The notes under the pieces are model-generated. The model made no database searches, was not told the DNA's origin, and worked only from the letters and a program-made list of their open reading frames with translations. Below, piece by piece: positions 36,095 to 47,300 of a stretch of DNA of 64,000 nt (the first letter of the stretch is position 1; each line of letters begins with the position of its first letter). The position numbers were made by a program, and so were the translations under genes. Where the stretch lies: contig JBAZWG010000002.1 in NCBI GenBank assembly GCA_041660505.1, forward strand, positions 868 through 64,867, in the 5' to 3' direction. The stretch is from Minisyncoccota bacterium. Its GTDB lineage: Bacteria > Patescibacteriota > Minisyncoccia > Phycocordibacterales > JACRKE01.

Positions 36095-38326
36095 CTACTT
36101 CCCGTACATATATAATGAGTAAATCTCATTGGCCGACAACTCGCGGTTATAAATACGCACGTCATCGATTCCGCCCTTCCACGGTTCAGCCGGCGCGCCA
36201 TAATCACCAATATACATATTTACTCCGCCATCGTTATATACTCCGCCAAGATTCTTGTTATCGCTACCCACAAGTCTACCATCTATATATAAATACTGTG
36301 CGGAGTTTGTTTTTACACAGACCATATGATGCCATTTACCGTCCTTATACACATTGCTTACTGCCGGGGACGCAATGGTCGCTGCAACTCTTAGACTGCA
36401 ATACATTTGAGTACCGCCACTATCCCCCATCAATACTGCACTACCAGCAGAGTATTTTCCCAGAATAAAATAAGCGGTGGCGCCAGGGACTTGCCCTCTA
36501 TTGAACCAAGCGGAATATGTCCAACTATTCGCATTGGTTGGCCCGAAGTTGTTGCCCAGATTTACAGTATTATTAGCGCCATTCTTTGGGAAATACAACC
36601 CTTGTCCAATTTTCCCTGCAATAATACTTGTCCCTGTCACTGTCCCATTTTTCCCATTTCCACTTTTGTCTAACATTACACCGGTAGTCCTGTCCACAGC
36701 ATCAAACGTCCACCAGCCGACGAGACCATTTGTGGTGCTTTGAGCCGAGACTAGCGCTGGACTGGCTGTGACCTTCGCGCCACCGAGTGTATATAATGAG
36801 TAAACTTCATTGGCCGACAAGGCGCGGTCGTAGACACGCATGTCGTCGGCTTGCCCTGAAAAAATACCGTCTGACTCGGCGTTACCAAATACTCCAAAAT
36901 AGTAAACACTGTTTGTTATATTAGGGGTTACCGTGGTCGGAGTACCGGATATCGCCTGTAGTACACCATTCACATATATCTGCGTGGTTGTATTTGCCGC
37001 GCCGGGAGATTTAACAATGGTCACTAAATACCATTTATTTGCCGTTAATGCACCTGCGGCTGTTGCGACAGAATTGCCGGAAGCGTATTCGACCGAAACA
37101 GCCCCTGCTCCGCGCAAATTAAAGAAGGTGCCTATAGCCGCACCAGCACCACCGTTACGATCACCCGTAAAAAGACCTGCGCCGGATGTTGTTGTATCTC
37201 TCAATTTCACCCACTGCGATAAGGTTATAGACGCATTACCAGAGATGCCAGAATTATTAGCACCAAGTAGATAACATTTCTGCCCATTTGTGGTCGCTGT
37301 TGGCGTAAGCGATATTCCTCGACTTATCTTCGCGGTTACAAATTGCGGCGTGCAATTCGTCCCGCTCTGTGTTGTAAACATATGACCATTACCAGTCTTA
37401 TCTATTGTATAAGTACTCCCTGAATCTGGGGTATCGAAAGTCCACCAGCCGACAAGGCCATTCGTGGTACTCTGCGCGGAAACTTTCGTCGGGCTTGCCG
37501 TAATCTTACTTGTACCGAGCTGGTACAGAGCTTTAATCTCGCTCGCAGACAATGCACGACTATAAATGCGCACGTCGTCGATAGAGCCGTTAAAGTTATA
37601 TCCTCGTGCGTTAACTCCGCCTGGTCCCCATGGGCCGTCTGCAGCAATATCCAATTCTCCATCCGGCGCATTTTGCGAACCGGTTATCGTTGTCGGGGTC
37701 TGGGCAATTCCGTCGATGTATAAGGTTATTGTTGTACCGTTTATTGTTTCGACCGCATGATGCCATTGATTATCTCCATAGGCACCGGCGCTCGTAGAAA
37801 AAAAGTCTGTACCGTTATAGTACTCCGCAGATACTGTATTATTCGTATTCATCAATAGACCCCAAAGATAGCGGTTGGGAGCATTATTAAGCGTATCTTT
37901 TCGGAGAATCGACATTTCACCTGCCGCATTCCCGCTCGTTTTAAACCAAGCCGAAATCGTAAGCGTAGAACCCAGCCGCAGGCTTGCGCTATCGGGCACG
38001 GCGACGTATTGCGATGCACTAATTGCGCTCCATGAAGCATTAGACGACAGAGCTTGGCCGATCTTGCCCTGCACTTTACTCATGCTTGTTAATGTCCCAT
38101 GATTTGCATATAAGCTTTTATCCCTCACTTGCGAACCTGTTACGTATCCTGAATCAAACGTCCACCAGCCAACAAGGCCATTCGTCGTGCCCATCGCGCC
38201 CAGAGCCTGCGCGCTCGAAACTGCAGACGCCTCTGCCTTGCCGGCCAAAAATAGCGCAGGCAACAAAAGCAAGAGCGCGAGGAACCTAGTTAAAAGTTTA
38301 ATGCTTACGAGTGTCACAATTTTCAA
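36095..38326 (-). CDS. secreted protein with four LamG-like (concanavalin A-like lectin/glucanase, Laminin_G_3-type) domains
   Basis: Signal peptide. Four repeats of TNGLVGWWTFD ... DDVRIY(S/D/N)RALSA(S/N)EI..LY. 743 aa. Starts 18 bp downstream of the giant gene stop, so likely the same operon. Confidence 0.8.
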   Translation of the reverse strand: MKIVTLVSIKLLTRFLALLLLLPALFLAGKAEASAVSSAQALGAMGTTNGLVGWWTFDSGYVTGSQVRDKSLYANHGTLTSMSKVQGKIGQALSSNASWSAISASQYVAVPDSASLRLGSTLTISAWFKTSGNAAGEMSILRKDTLNNAPNRYLWGLLMNTNNTVSAEYYNGTDFFSTSAGAYGDNQWHHAVETINGTTITLYIDGIAQTPTTITGSQNAPDGELDIAADGPWGPGGVNARGYNFNGSIDDVRIYSRALSASEIKALYQLGTSKITASPTKVSAQSTTNGLVGWWTFDTPDSGSTYTIDKTGNGHMFTTQSGTNCTPQFVTAKISRGISLTPTATTNGQKCYLLGANNSGISGNASITLSQWVKLRDTTTSGAGLFTGDRNGGAGAAIGTFFNLRGAGAVSVEYASGNSVATAAGALTANKWYLVTIVKSPGAANTTTQIYVNGVLQAISGTPTTVTPNITNSVYYFGVFGNAESDGIFSGQADDMRVYDRALSANEVYSLYTLGGAKVTASPALVSAQSTTNGLVGWWTFDAVDRTTGVMLDKSGNGKNGTVTGTSIIAGKIGQGLYFPKNGANNTVNLGNNFGPTNANSWTYSAWFNRGQVPGATAYFILGKYSAGSAVLMGDSGGTQMYCSLRVAATIASPAVSNVYKDGKWHHMVCVKTNSAQYLYIDGRLVGSDNKNLGGVYNDGGVNMYIGDYGAPAEPWKGGIDDVRIYNRELSANEIYSLYMYGK

Positions 38327-38344
38327 TTTCTAACTTACAATTAT

Positions 38345-41300
38345 TTACGGCGTCGTACTCGTCGCATTTGGGTCTATTACGTTAACTATTCTTATCTGTT
38401 CGATGGCATTATTACCTGAATTATCTACTGCGTTATATTTAACCTCATGTGTACCGGCTAATGTTGTGTCTATCTGATCGCCTGTCGTGACTATGCCGAG
38501 ATTATGATCTACGTTGTCTGTAACTGTTGCGCCCATGTCGCTGTAACTCGAGCCCATGTTTATTGTAGATGGGTTGAGGCCGAGCATTGTGATGACCGGA
38601 GCCTCTGTGTCTGCTGGCGGGGTCGAAGTACCAGCAGGCGCCCCGGCTGGGGCAGTTCCTGCCACGCACTCCCCTGCTACGCTGGCGACGAGGCCACTTG
38701 ACACCTTCAAACAATACGGATTGCCTGTCGTGTCGTCATATAATGTGACACCTATCGGGTTTACTGACGAGCCAACCTTCATACTCTTTAACACGTTTAA
38801 GTCTTGTACCACCAATCTGCCGTTCTCGTCCAAGCTCCAGTTGCCCGAGGCAGAAGCCAGACTCTTTATATTGACTATTGCTTGCCCTTGCAGGTCGAGT
38901 ACGCGCGCTGTTGCGAGCTTCATATAACCCGTACTTTGATCTACTACCCAGTCTGAACTCACGGCGCCGTCTGCAATACCCGAAGAAATATTCTGATAAC
39001 CAAGATTGACGAAGACAGTAATACTGCCTGTCTGTGAATAAGAGCCGTCGGGTAGAGTGCCGCTCCAAGGCTCAAGGGCGATACCAACAGTCTGGCCGGA
39101 GGTCGTCGCCTTCATACCGATACCTGCCGCCGATGAAAGCGTGATGTAGTCACCAACCGCAATATCCCCTCCTTCAAGGTTAACTTTAGTCGGCACGCGA
39201 CCAGAGAGAGCCACGGGACGCGAAGTACTCGCCGTAAACTCCGAACTTGCACCACCGAGCAGAACACCGGGGTCAGTAGATATGATTCCTATTACCGGTA
39301 TGATAGTAGAACTTGCCTTTCTCACAACAAGAGTCGAGGTAGAAGTATCCAACGATACTAAGTCACCCGCCGAGATAGTCTCGTCCGTTATTTTGTAACT
39401 CTCTGCCAGGTCCACGGTTTGCGTCGAAGCTCCTCGAGAATAAATCTGTCCTGCCGGTACAGAACTACATGCTACCGTAGCGGAACTCGTTGACACGCAA
39501 AGACCGGAACCAGTCCCTGTTCCGTAAACTTCGAGCTTCGCCCCTGGCGTCGTCGTCCCGATACCGACGTTGCCCCCCTGTGCCTGAAAAGCGATATTCT
39601 GATTATATCCCGTGTTCTGCTGTATTCCTTGAAATTCAAAGACATTTGAGGCATTGGACATTGTAACCTGTAGTTGCTTTTGTGTTGTCCCCTGCTGATT
39701 TCCAAACTCCATAAGTTTAACGCGGTCTGTTGCAGTCTCGCTTACTGGAGAGATAACTCCATTCACGCTTAGCTTGTAGTTAGGTGTGGTTGTCCCGATG
39801 CCTACGTTGCCCGCGTTTGTTATTGACAACTTCTCCGAGCCTTGTACCGCTAACCCCATGGTTGCTCCTGTACCTCTTGCGTCTAAGAACGCTTTACCAG
39901 CATTACTCGTGTATATAGACAGACCAGTAGCGGCAGCAGCGGAGAAGGTGTTGTTGCCAATTACCAATCCATAAGGGCTATCATCATCTCCTGTTATTTT
40001 TAGCAGTTGTGTTGCGGCTGTCCCACCATCAAGAATTTCAAGTTTTGCCGAAGGACTCGTCGTCCCGATGCCGACGTTGCCATTCTGTTGTATTCTCATC
40101 TTCTCAGCATTAGCTGGTGAGAATGAGATATAGTTTCCAGTACCAGCAGAGTAGTTGGTTTGGAAATCAAGTGAATTATCACCAGCGTCATTGAAGGTTA
40201 TTTTGGCATACTGTCCCGCTACTCCTGCGCCCAAGTTATCCAAAACGATTTGCGGATTGCCGCGAGTCCCCTCGTGAATTGAAAGTTTAGCCCACGGAGT
40301 TGTGGTTGCAATTCCGACATTACCATTCGTATCTATCATCACTTGGTCAGTATTTGAATAGGAGTCTGACCCTTTTCCAAAAAACATTGTCCCATTACTA
40401 CTCTGTATGTAGCGATGATGCAAACCAGATACGGCATCGGTATCAGAAAGATAAAACATTGGGGCGATATTGGCGATATTTAACAAATATGCTGGCGTCG
40501 TCGTCCCGATACCGACGTTGCCGTTTCGGAGCACTGTGAACGATGTCGTTGTTGCCGTTAATGTTGAGCTGGCCACCGTGAATATCGGCTGGGTGCCGTC
40601 AACATTGCTGTCGCTTGTGTTGGCGGAGACAGAGAGTTTGGCCCATGGGGTTGTGGTGCCGATACCGACTAGCCCGCCGGAGGTGATACGCATGGCTTCG
40701 GTCATTGCGGTGCTATTGTTGGTACTGAAAGCTAAGTAGCCAAGTTGATTGTTTGTTGTAGAGTTTTCTTTAAACCCAACGATGCTGGCGAAATTTCTGA
40801 TCGATGAGGGGATTAATGGTACATCGTCTTTATAACCACCGAAGGCGATAGAGCCACCGGTATCTACAGCTTGGGAATTATTCGATCGTATCAATAATTG
40901 TCCCGTAGCGGTACGCGTCGGGACGGTGCTCGAGCCATAGATATCAAGCAGAGCTAGCGGCGTCGTCGTGCCGATGCCGACATAGCCACTGCGGAGGATT
41001 GTAAATAATGAATTGGTGGCGCTGGCGGTAGAGCTCGCAACGACAAAGAGCGGGGTGGCCATGTTGGCAGAGGAGTCGGTCGTATTGCCTTGTATCGAGA
41101 GTTTAGCAAATGGTGAGGTAGTGCCGATGCCGACAAAACCATTAGTGGTGAATTGGCCTGTGCTTGTGGTGGTGGCGTTGCCGTTCACGGTCAAAACAGA
41201 TGTTGATGTTGTGCCTGTTGTAGTGAGGTTGGCGTTGGTGCCAGAGGAACCAATGAGAACGCCACCGGCAAAGTTGGCGGCGACGCCGTTCGGGTTGGTA

Positions 41301-44300
41301 ATTGGATAGCTGACAATAACAATACCGGAACCGCCACCGCCACCCGCGCCTCCTTCTGTAGCACCGCCACCTCCACCGCCCGAGTTAGTGGTTCCGGCAG
41401 TACCAGCACCAGAAGTACCTCCTGCGCCACCGCCACCAAGCCCTCCAGAACCTCCGCTTTGAAGATCGCTGGAGCCACCACCACCGCCACCATAGTAGAC
41501 GGTGGTTACACCATCGCTAATAGCGGTAGTTGTGCCTATTCCGCCGACGCCGGCGGCTGCATCTGACCCATTACTACCAGTAGCACCCGCTCCGCCACCA
41601 CCACCGCCACCATTATTCTGTGCCGCTCCGCCACCATTATAGCCTTGCCCCGAAGTACCGTTACCGCCTGATTGACTGCCGGCACTGGCAGCACCGCCAC
41701 CAGAACCACCATCGCTACCAGCCCAAGTGAACGCTTGAGAACCTCCCTTACCTCCTCCTGTGGCCACTACAGTACCAAACTGCGAATCGCCTCCGTTAGT
41801 ATTAGTGCTACCGGTAGCACCCGCTCCGCCAGCACCGACTACTACTGTTATGCTTTGAGAAGGCGTCACCGCGTATGAATATCCGTTACTAGGTCCGCCG
41901 CCAACAACTCCTCCTCCACCTCCTCCACCGCCATCAACCCACGAAGTAACGCCGTTCTTGCCTCCACCGCCACCACCTGCCACCACGAGCACCTTAACGC
42001 TGGTTACACCACTACTTGGAACGGTAAAAGTGACAGACCCGGTATTGGTAAATGTATGAACCCTGTAGGTCTGTCCACCTGACGTATAGGTAGTGACGGT
42101 TCCTTGATTGTCTGTAGCCGATGGCGTTGAGCCTACTGCATTAACATCGAGTGAATATGCCGGCGTCACAACGCCGATGCCGACGAGGCCTGCGGACGTG
42201 ATAGTTGTTGTTGCAGTTCCTCCAAACCACGACTGATCGTTGACGGAAAGTTGAGTTGTCGAAGCATTAGTAAACGTGGCTTGGCCGGTGACTGCGAGCG
42301 TGCCGGATAATGTCGTTGCGCCGGTGACGGAGAATGTGCCACCAACGGATGTGTCGCCGGAGACAACGAGAGCTGATGTGCTTGCTGTGCCCGTCACCGC
42401 CAGATTCGTCGTCGTGGCGTTGGTGCCTGTGGCATTCACGAAGGTGAAGTTTTGGAGGGTGGTGCTACCTGTGAGCAAGATGTTGGTGGCGGTGAGGAGA
42501 CCGTTATTAAGAAGCGTAAGCCTCTCGTTGTTCGCGAAGTCGGCGAAGGCGAAGAGTCTGCCGGTGTCATTGGTGCCGAAGCCGTTGACGGCGAACTTGG
42601 CGGATGGCGAGGTTGTGCCCACGCCGACACGGTCGGAATATGAACTGCCGGTGCCGTCGGCAAGAGCGTAGACCGTGAGGGTGGAGGTAGCACCAATGCC
42701 AGCCGAGAAGCCGAGCTCGGTACCGGAGGCGAGCGTTGTCGAGGCGAGAGGCATATTGATCCAATCAATGAGACCGGCGTCGGCCTCGAAGGATTGCGAG
42801 CCGGTGATGAGCTGGGCAATGGTGGTTGAGCCGGTGTTGTCTATAGAGAAGAGCGTGGTGGAGGCACTGTCTGTGACTTCGAAAGCTCGGCCTGATGACG
42901 TGGCTGTGCCCCAGATGGTAACCTTGGCATATGGCGAAGTGGTGCCGATGCCGACGTTGCCTGTCGATGAAATGTAGATGGAAGAGGTGGCCTGTGCTAC
43001 TCCCGCATCGTTACCGACGAGCAAGAAGCCTTTCGTAAGATTGAGAGTGGTGAGAAGTGAGGATGTGGCAGTTGAATACAATCCGCCGGTAGAAGTAAGT
43101 GATGCAAAACCGGATGTGTAAGAAGAGAATGTCGCGTTGCCGGAGACTATGAGCGCGGATGTGCTTGCGATGCCCGTCACCGCCAGATTTGTCGTTGTCG
43201 CATTCGTGCCCGTGGCGTTTGCGAAAGTAAAGTTCTGGAGAGTAGTTGACCCCAGTGTAAAGATATCGCCGAGATAATTCACAGAGAATTTGGTGGAGGA
43301 TGCGACTTTCATATCTAGCAACATACCGGAGAAACCGGCTAGGGCATCGGTGCCGATAACTGTGCCCGTGGTGGAGAGTTTTTCGACAGAAAGTAGGGCG
43401 TATGGTGATGAGGTACCAATGCCCAACAAGCCTTCGGCGGTCACTGCGCCGAGAACCGTACCAGAACCATTTTGCCATTCTTGCAGATCTGCTGTTTGGC
43501 TTGTGATGCCTTGTACGATCAAACCTTTTTCACCGACCTCAGCAGTGCTGACGTGAAGTTTAGCGAGCGGTGTGGCATGCGAGGTGGCGGTATTGCCGAG
43601 AACAAGGGAGCCTATGAAGATCCAATCTGATTGGCTGGCGCTTATATTGAGTTTGTAATATCTATAGTTCTGTGCTGTACCTAGGGCATATGTTCTGATT
43701 TCACCAGAGCTCCAAGCGGGAACATTTGTTTGTGTATTCAAAACAGTCCATGCCGAATTGTCGTTTGAACCCTCGAATGTCCAAGTTTTTGGCCCATAGG
43801 TGTAATAAGTGGTATACGAGTCTGCCTGGATTTTATATTGATTTACAGTTGTATAGGTTCCCAAATCAATTTTCAACCAACCTGAAGTACCATTAACACA
43901 CCACGCCGTCGAAGAATCTGAATCAAAAGATTGCCACGCAGAACAGTTGACCTCTGTAGACGCACTTGCCACATACGGCGAAGGGGCGCTGTCGCTCGTC
44001 AAGAATGTCGGGATCTGAACATTTGCCGGCGTAGAACCAATAGCTAAGCGAGAGTTTATCGAGTCAAAATACATGATGCTGTTATTCTGACTGACTGCTC
44101 CATTAGCACCAATATACGGGACAGAGCCAGAAGTAAGCGCGGTAAGCGAGAGCGTACCGCCAACCGTTGAATTGTCGCTGACGATGAGCGCAGAAGTTGA
44201 TGCTGTACCCGTGACTGCAAGGTTGGTGGTTGTCGCATTGGTACCCGTAGCATTGGCGAAAGTGAAGTTCTGCAATGTAGTTGATCCCAACGTAAAGATG

Positions 44301-47300
44301 TCGCCAAGATAATTTACGGAGAACTTGGTGGATGAGGCGACTTTGAGATCAAGTAACGTACCGGTAAATGTTGATAATGAATCAGCGCCAATGACGGTGC
44401 CTGAAGAAGATAGATGTTCGATAGAGAGACGAGCATATGGGGTTGAAGTGCCCATTCCGATCAGGCCGTTATAGAATGATGTGAAGATAGGGGCGGAACT
44501 TGTGGCGTTTTGTAATGAAAATATGGAGATACTTTGTGAACGAGAGGTCGTAGCGTTGAGCGAGAAGAAGCCGTTCACATTCAGACTGTTCCAAAGTCTG
44601 GTATTCCCCGCCACTTCGACATTGCCGGATGAGAAAATGTCGCCGGAGTAAATTGATGATGCGCCGGAGTCGGCCTCGGCAAGAGTACTGCTTGAGTAAG
44701 CGAAGCCGATCATGTCAAGAGTACCAGCCAGCATTGTGCGCGCCAATGATGAATATTCAACAGATGAAAGTGCGGTCGTACCGCCATCATTTGTTCCGGC
44801 GATGGCATAAACATAACCATTTACAACAAGAGATGTGTGATATTCCCTAGCACCGCTAAATGGCGTAGCGGTGAGCGTCGTCCACGCGCCGAGAGTGCCA
44901 TTTGCATATATCTTGGCATATTCGATGGAGGAAAGGTTGCCGCCGCCGATACCGCCCATCGCGTACAAATATCCGTTTGCCACCACGGCGGATAACGCTC
45001 CTCTGGCTGTATTAAGAGGAGTTGCGGTGAGCGTCGTCCACGCGGCCAGCGTGCCGTCGCTGTTTATCTTCGCTGACTCTACCGACGATATGGACGTTCC
45101 ACTTGTTATTCCACCAATTGTATAAATATATCCTCCAACAACAACTGACGCGTGAATATTTCTGGCTGCGTTAAGCGGTGTCGCCGTTAGGGTCGTCCAT
45201 GTACCAAGCGTACCGTCACTATTTATCTTCGCATATTCGACGGTAGCGGTATCGCTTATGCCGGTACGACCGCCCATAACATATACATAACCGTTAGAAA
45301 CTACGGAGGCGTGCGCGTATCTGGTGATATTTAATGATGCCGTCGTTTTCCACGCACCGAGCGTGCCGTCGCTGTTTATTTTTGCGTATTCGACAGTATT
45401 AACCTGTACTCCACCTGTACCATTACCACCGATGGCGTAGACATATCCGTTGGCGGCGATAGAACTGTGCTGATATCTTGTGATGGTAAGCGATGACGTT
45501 GTTGTCCACGCACCAAGTGTGCCATTACTGTTTATCTTGGCATATTCGACAGATGAAAGCCTGGTACCGTTGTATCCACCGATGGCGTAGACATATCCGT
45601 TGGCGGCGACTGATGTCTGTTGGTAACGAGTCGTGCCTAGAGATGATGACGTTGTCCACGCGCCAAGTGTGCCATCATTGCCGGAGTTGAGCGCAATTGT
45701 TTTCTGCGCAACCGATACCGGATACACAGGGGATGAAGTCCCGATGCCGACGTTGCCGCTATTCTGCTGGACAACGAATTGCGATGTGCCAACTGTTAAG
45801 CCGCCCGTTGAGAATGTGGAAGTGGCGGTGGTGGAAGTAATTGCGAGCACGCTCGTTGTACCGATTGATGCGGTAAAATTCTGGAGCGTGGTACTGCCCA
45901 GCGTAAAGATATCACCGAGATAATTCACCGAGAACTTGGTGGAGGATGCGACTTTGAGATCGAGCAATAGGCCGGAGAAGCCGGTGAGCGCATCTCCCGC
46001 GATAAGCGTGCCGGCAGAAATCCCGTCGACGGAGAGCTTGGCGTAGGGCGTTGAGGTACCGATACCGACGTTACCGGCAGTACCTTCTATCACCATGCTG
46101 GTTTGCGGTGTTGCAAACATGTCTCTCGGAGTAGTTAGGAACCGAATTGCTGTTGGTACGGTGTCACCATTGTCTTCGGCTTGTTTCGCGGCGACAATAT
46201 CCAAGACTCGCGCATAACGACCCGCAGACGGATAATCTATTACATAGTTATATGAAAATGTGGCTCTGTCGTCCGCCAAATAACTCGGCAAACTCGTTCC
46301 TCCATATCCTCTGAATATTTTTATATCTTTACCATAAACGTCTAAACCTGCAGTGGGACTTTCGGTCCCTATTCCTACGTTGCCGCCGCGTGTTACAACA
46401 AAGTTAGTTGTTGTAGCAATATCGGTTGAGGATGATATCAAGAAGAGCGGTGCGATTAGGTCTAGATCGGAAGTGTTGCCACTCACAGAAAGTTTCGCGT
46501 AAGGCGAAGTGGTACCGATGCCGACGAGGCCAGTATCGGTGATGGTCATCCGCTCGGCACTGGCGGTTACGAATCGAAGGAAGTCGTCATCACCGGCGGT
46601 GATGTAGGTGGTCTGGGCGGCGTTGATGACACCGCCTAGGCCTTGCCAGACACTGTTGTCGCCGAAGCCTTCGAACTGGTGCGTCGTTGTGTTGTAACGG
46701 ATCTGGCCGGCAAGCGCCATGCCCGGTCTCTGGGCTGTTGTGCCAATTGGGAGATGGACTGCGTCGGTGGCGTAGATGTCGAGACTCGTGGCCGGTGTTG
46801 AAGTGCCAATGCCGATGCGACCGCTTGATGACTGGACGATGAATTGGCCGGAACCGATATTAAGGCCGCCTGTCGCGAACGTCGATGTAGCTGTTGTCGA
46901 TGTCGCAGTGAATGACGAGGCGACCACTTCGCCCATAACAGAGAGCGGTGCATATGGCGAGCTGGTGCCGATGCCAACATTGGAATTGCGGTAGATGTTG
47001 GAGCCGTTCACCGTCCAATTGGAGAATACTGCCGCAACACCATTCTGGAGTAATGAACCAGTGATGTTGATATCGCCCGCCACATCGAGCGCATGTTCGG
47101 GAGAAGTAGTGCCAATGCCGACAAGGCCGGTGAAGATGGCGCCAGTGCCGGTGGTGGTGCCCGTAAGTGTCCCGCCACCAAGCGGCAGATACCCGGAGAT
47201 TGTGCCCCCGCCGGTGAAGGTGCCGGAGATGGTGGCATTGGTGATGGTAACGCCGTTCAATGAATCGATGCGATTAGAGAGACTGATGGCGCGATAGTTG

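Noticed and set aside
36092-36099. ACCCTACT direct repeat (also at 35322-35329) as a target-site duplication of the RAYT unit
   Set aside because: An 8-mer can recur by chance, the left copy overlaps the mreB2 promoter and start region, and RAYT/IS200-type elements do not usually make target duplications. Mentioned but not annotated as a TSD.
38860-39412. Calling the C-terminal module of the giant protein a peptidase S74 intramolecular-chaperone domain
   Set aside because: The hallmark S-D-x-R-x-K autoproteolysis motif is not present. Only a DLAE..Y / GDLV-type resemblance to tail-fibre C-terminal modules is seen, so it is described generically.
38502-47297. Numerous 60-160-aa ORFs on both strands inside the giant gene (e.g. 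43011..43478, 42276..42671, 41191..41493, 46636..46980)
   Set aside because: All lie within the continuous 9.5-kb ORF that has a coherent repeat and domain architecture. They are Pro/Ala/Arg-rich translations typical of alternative frames of GC-rich, Gly/Thr/Ser-coding repetitive DNA.
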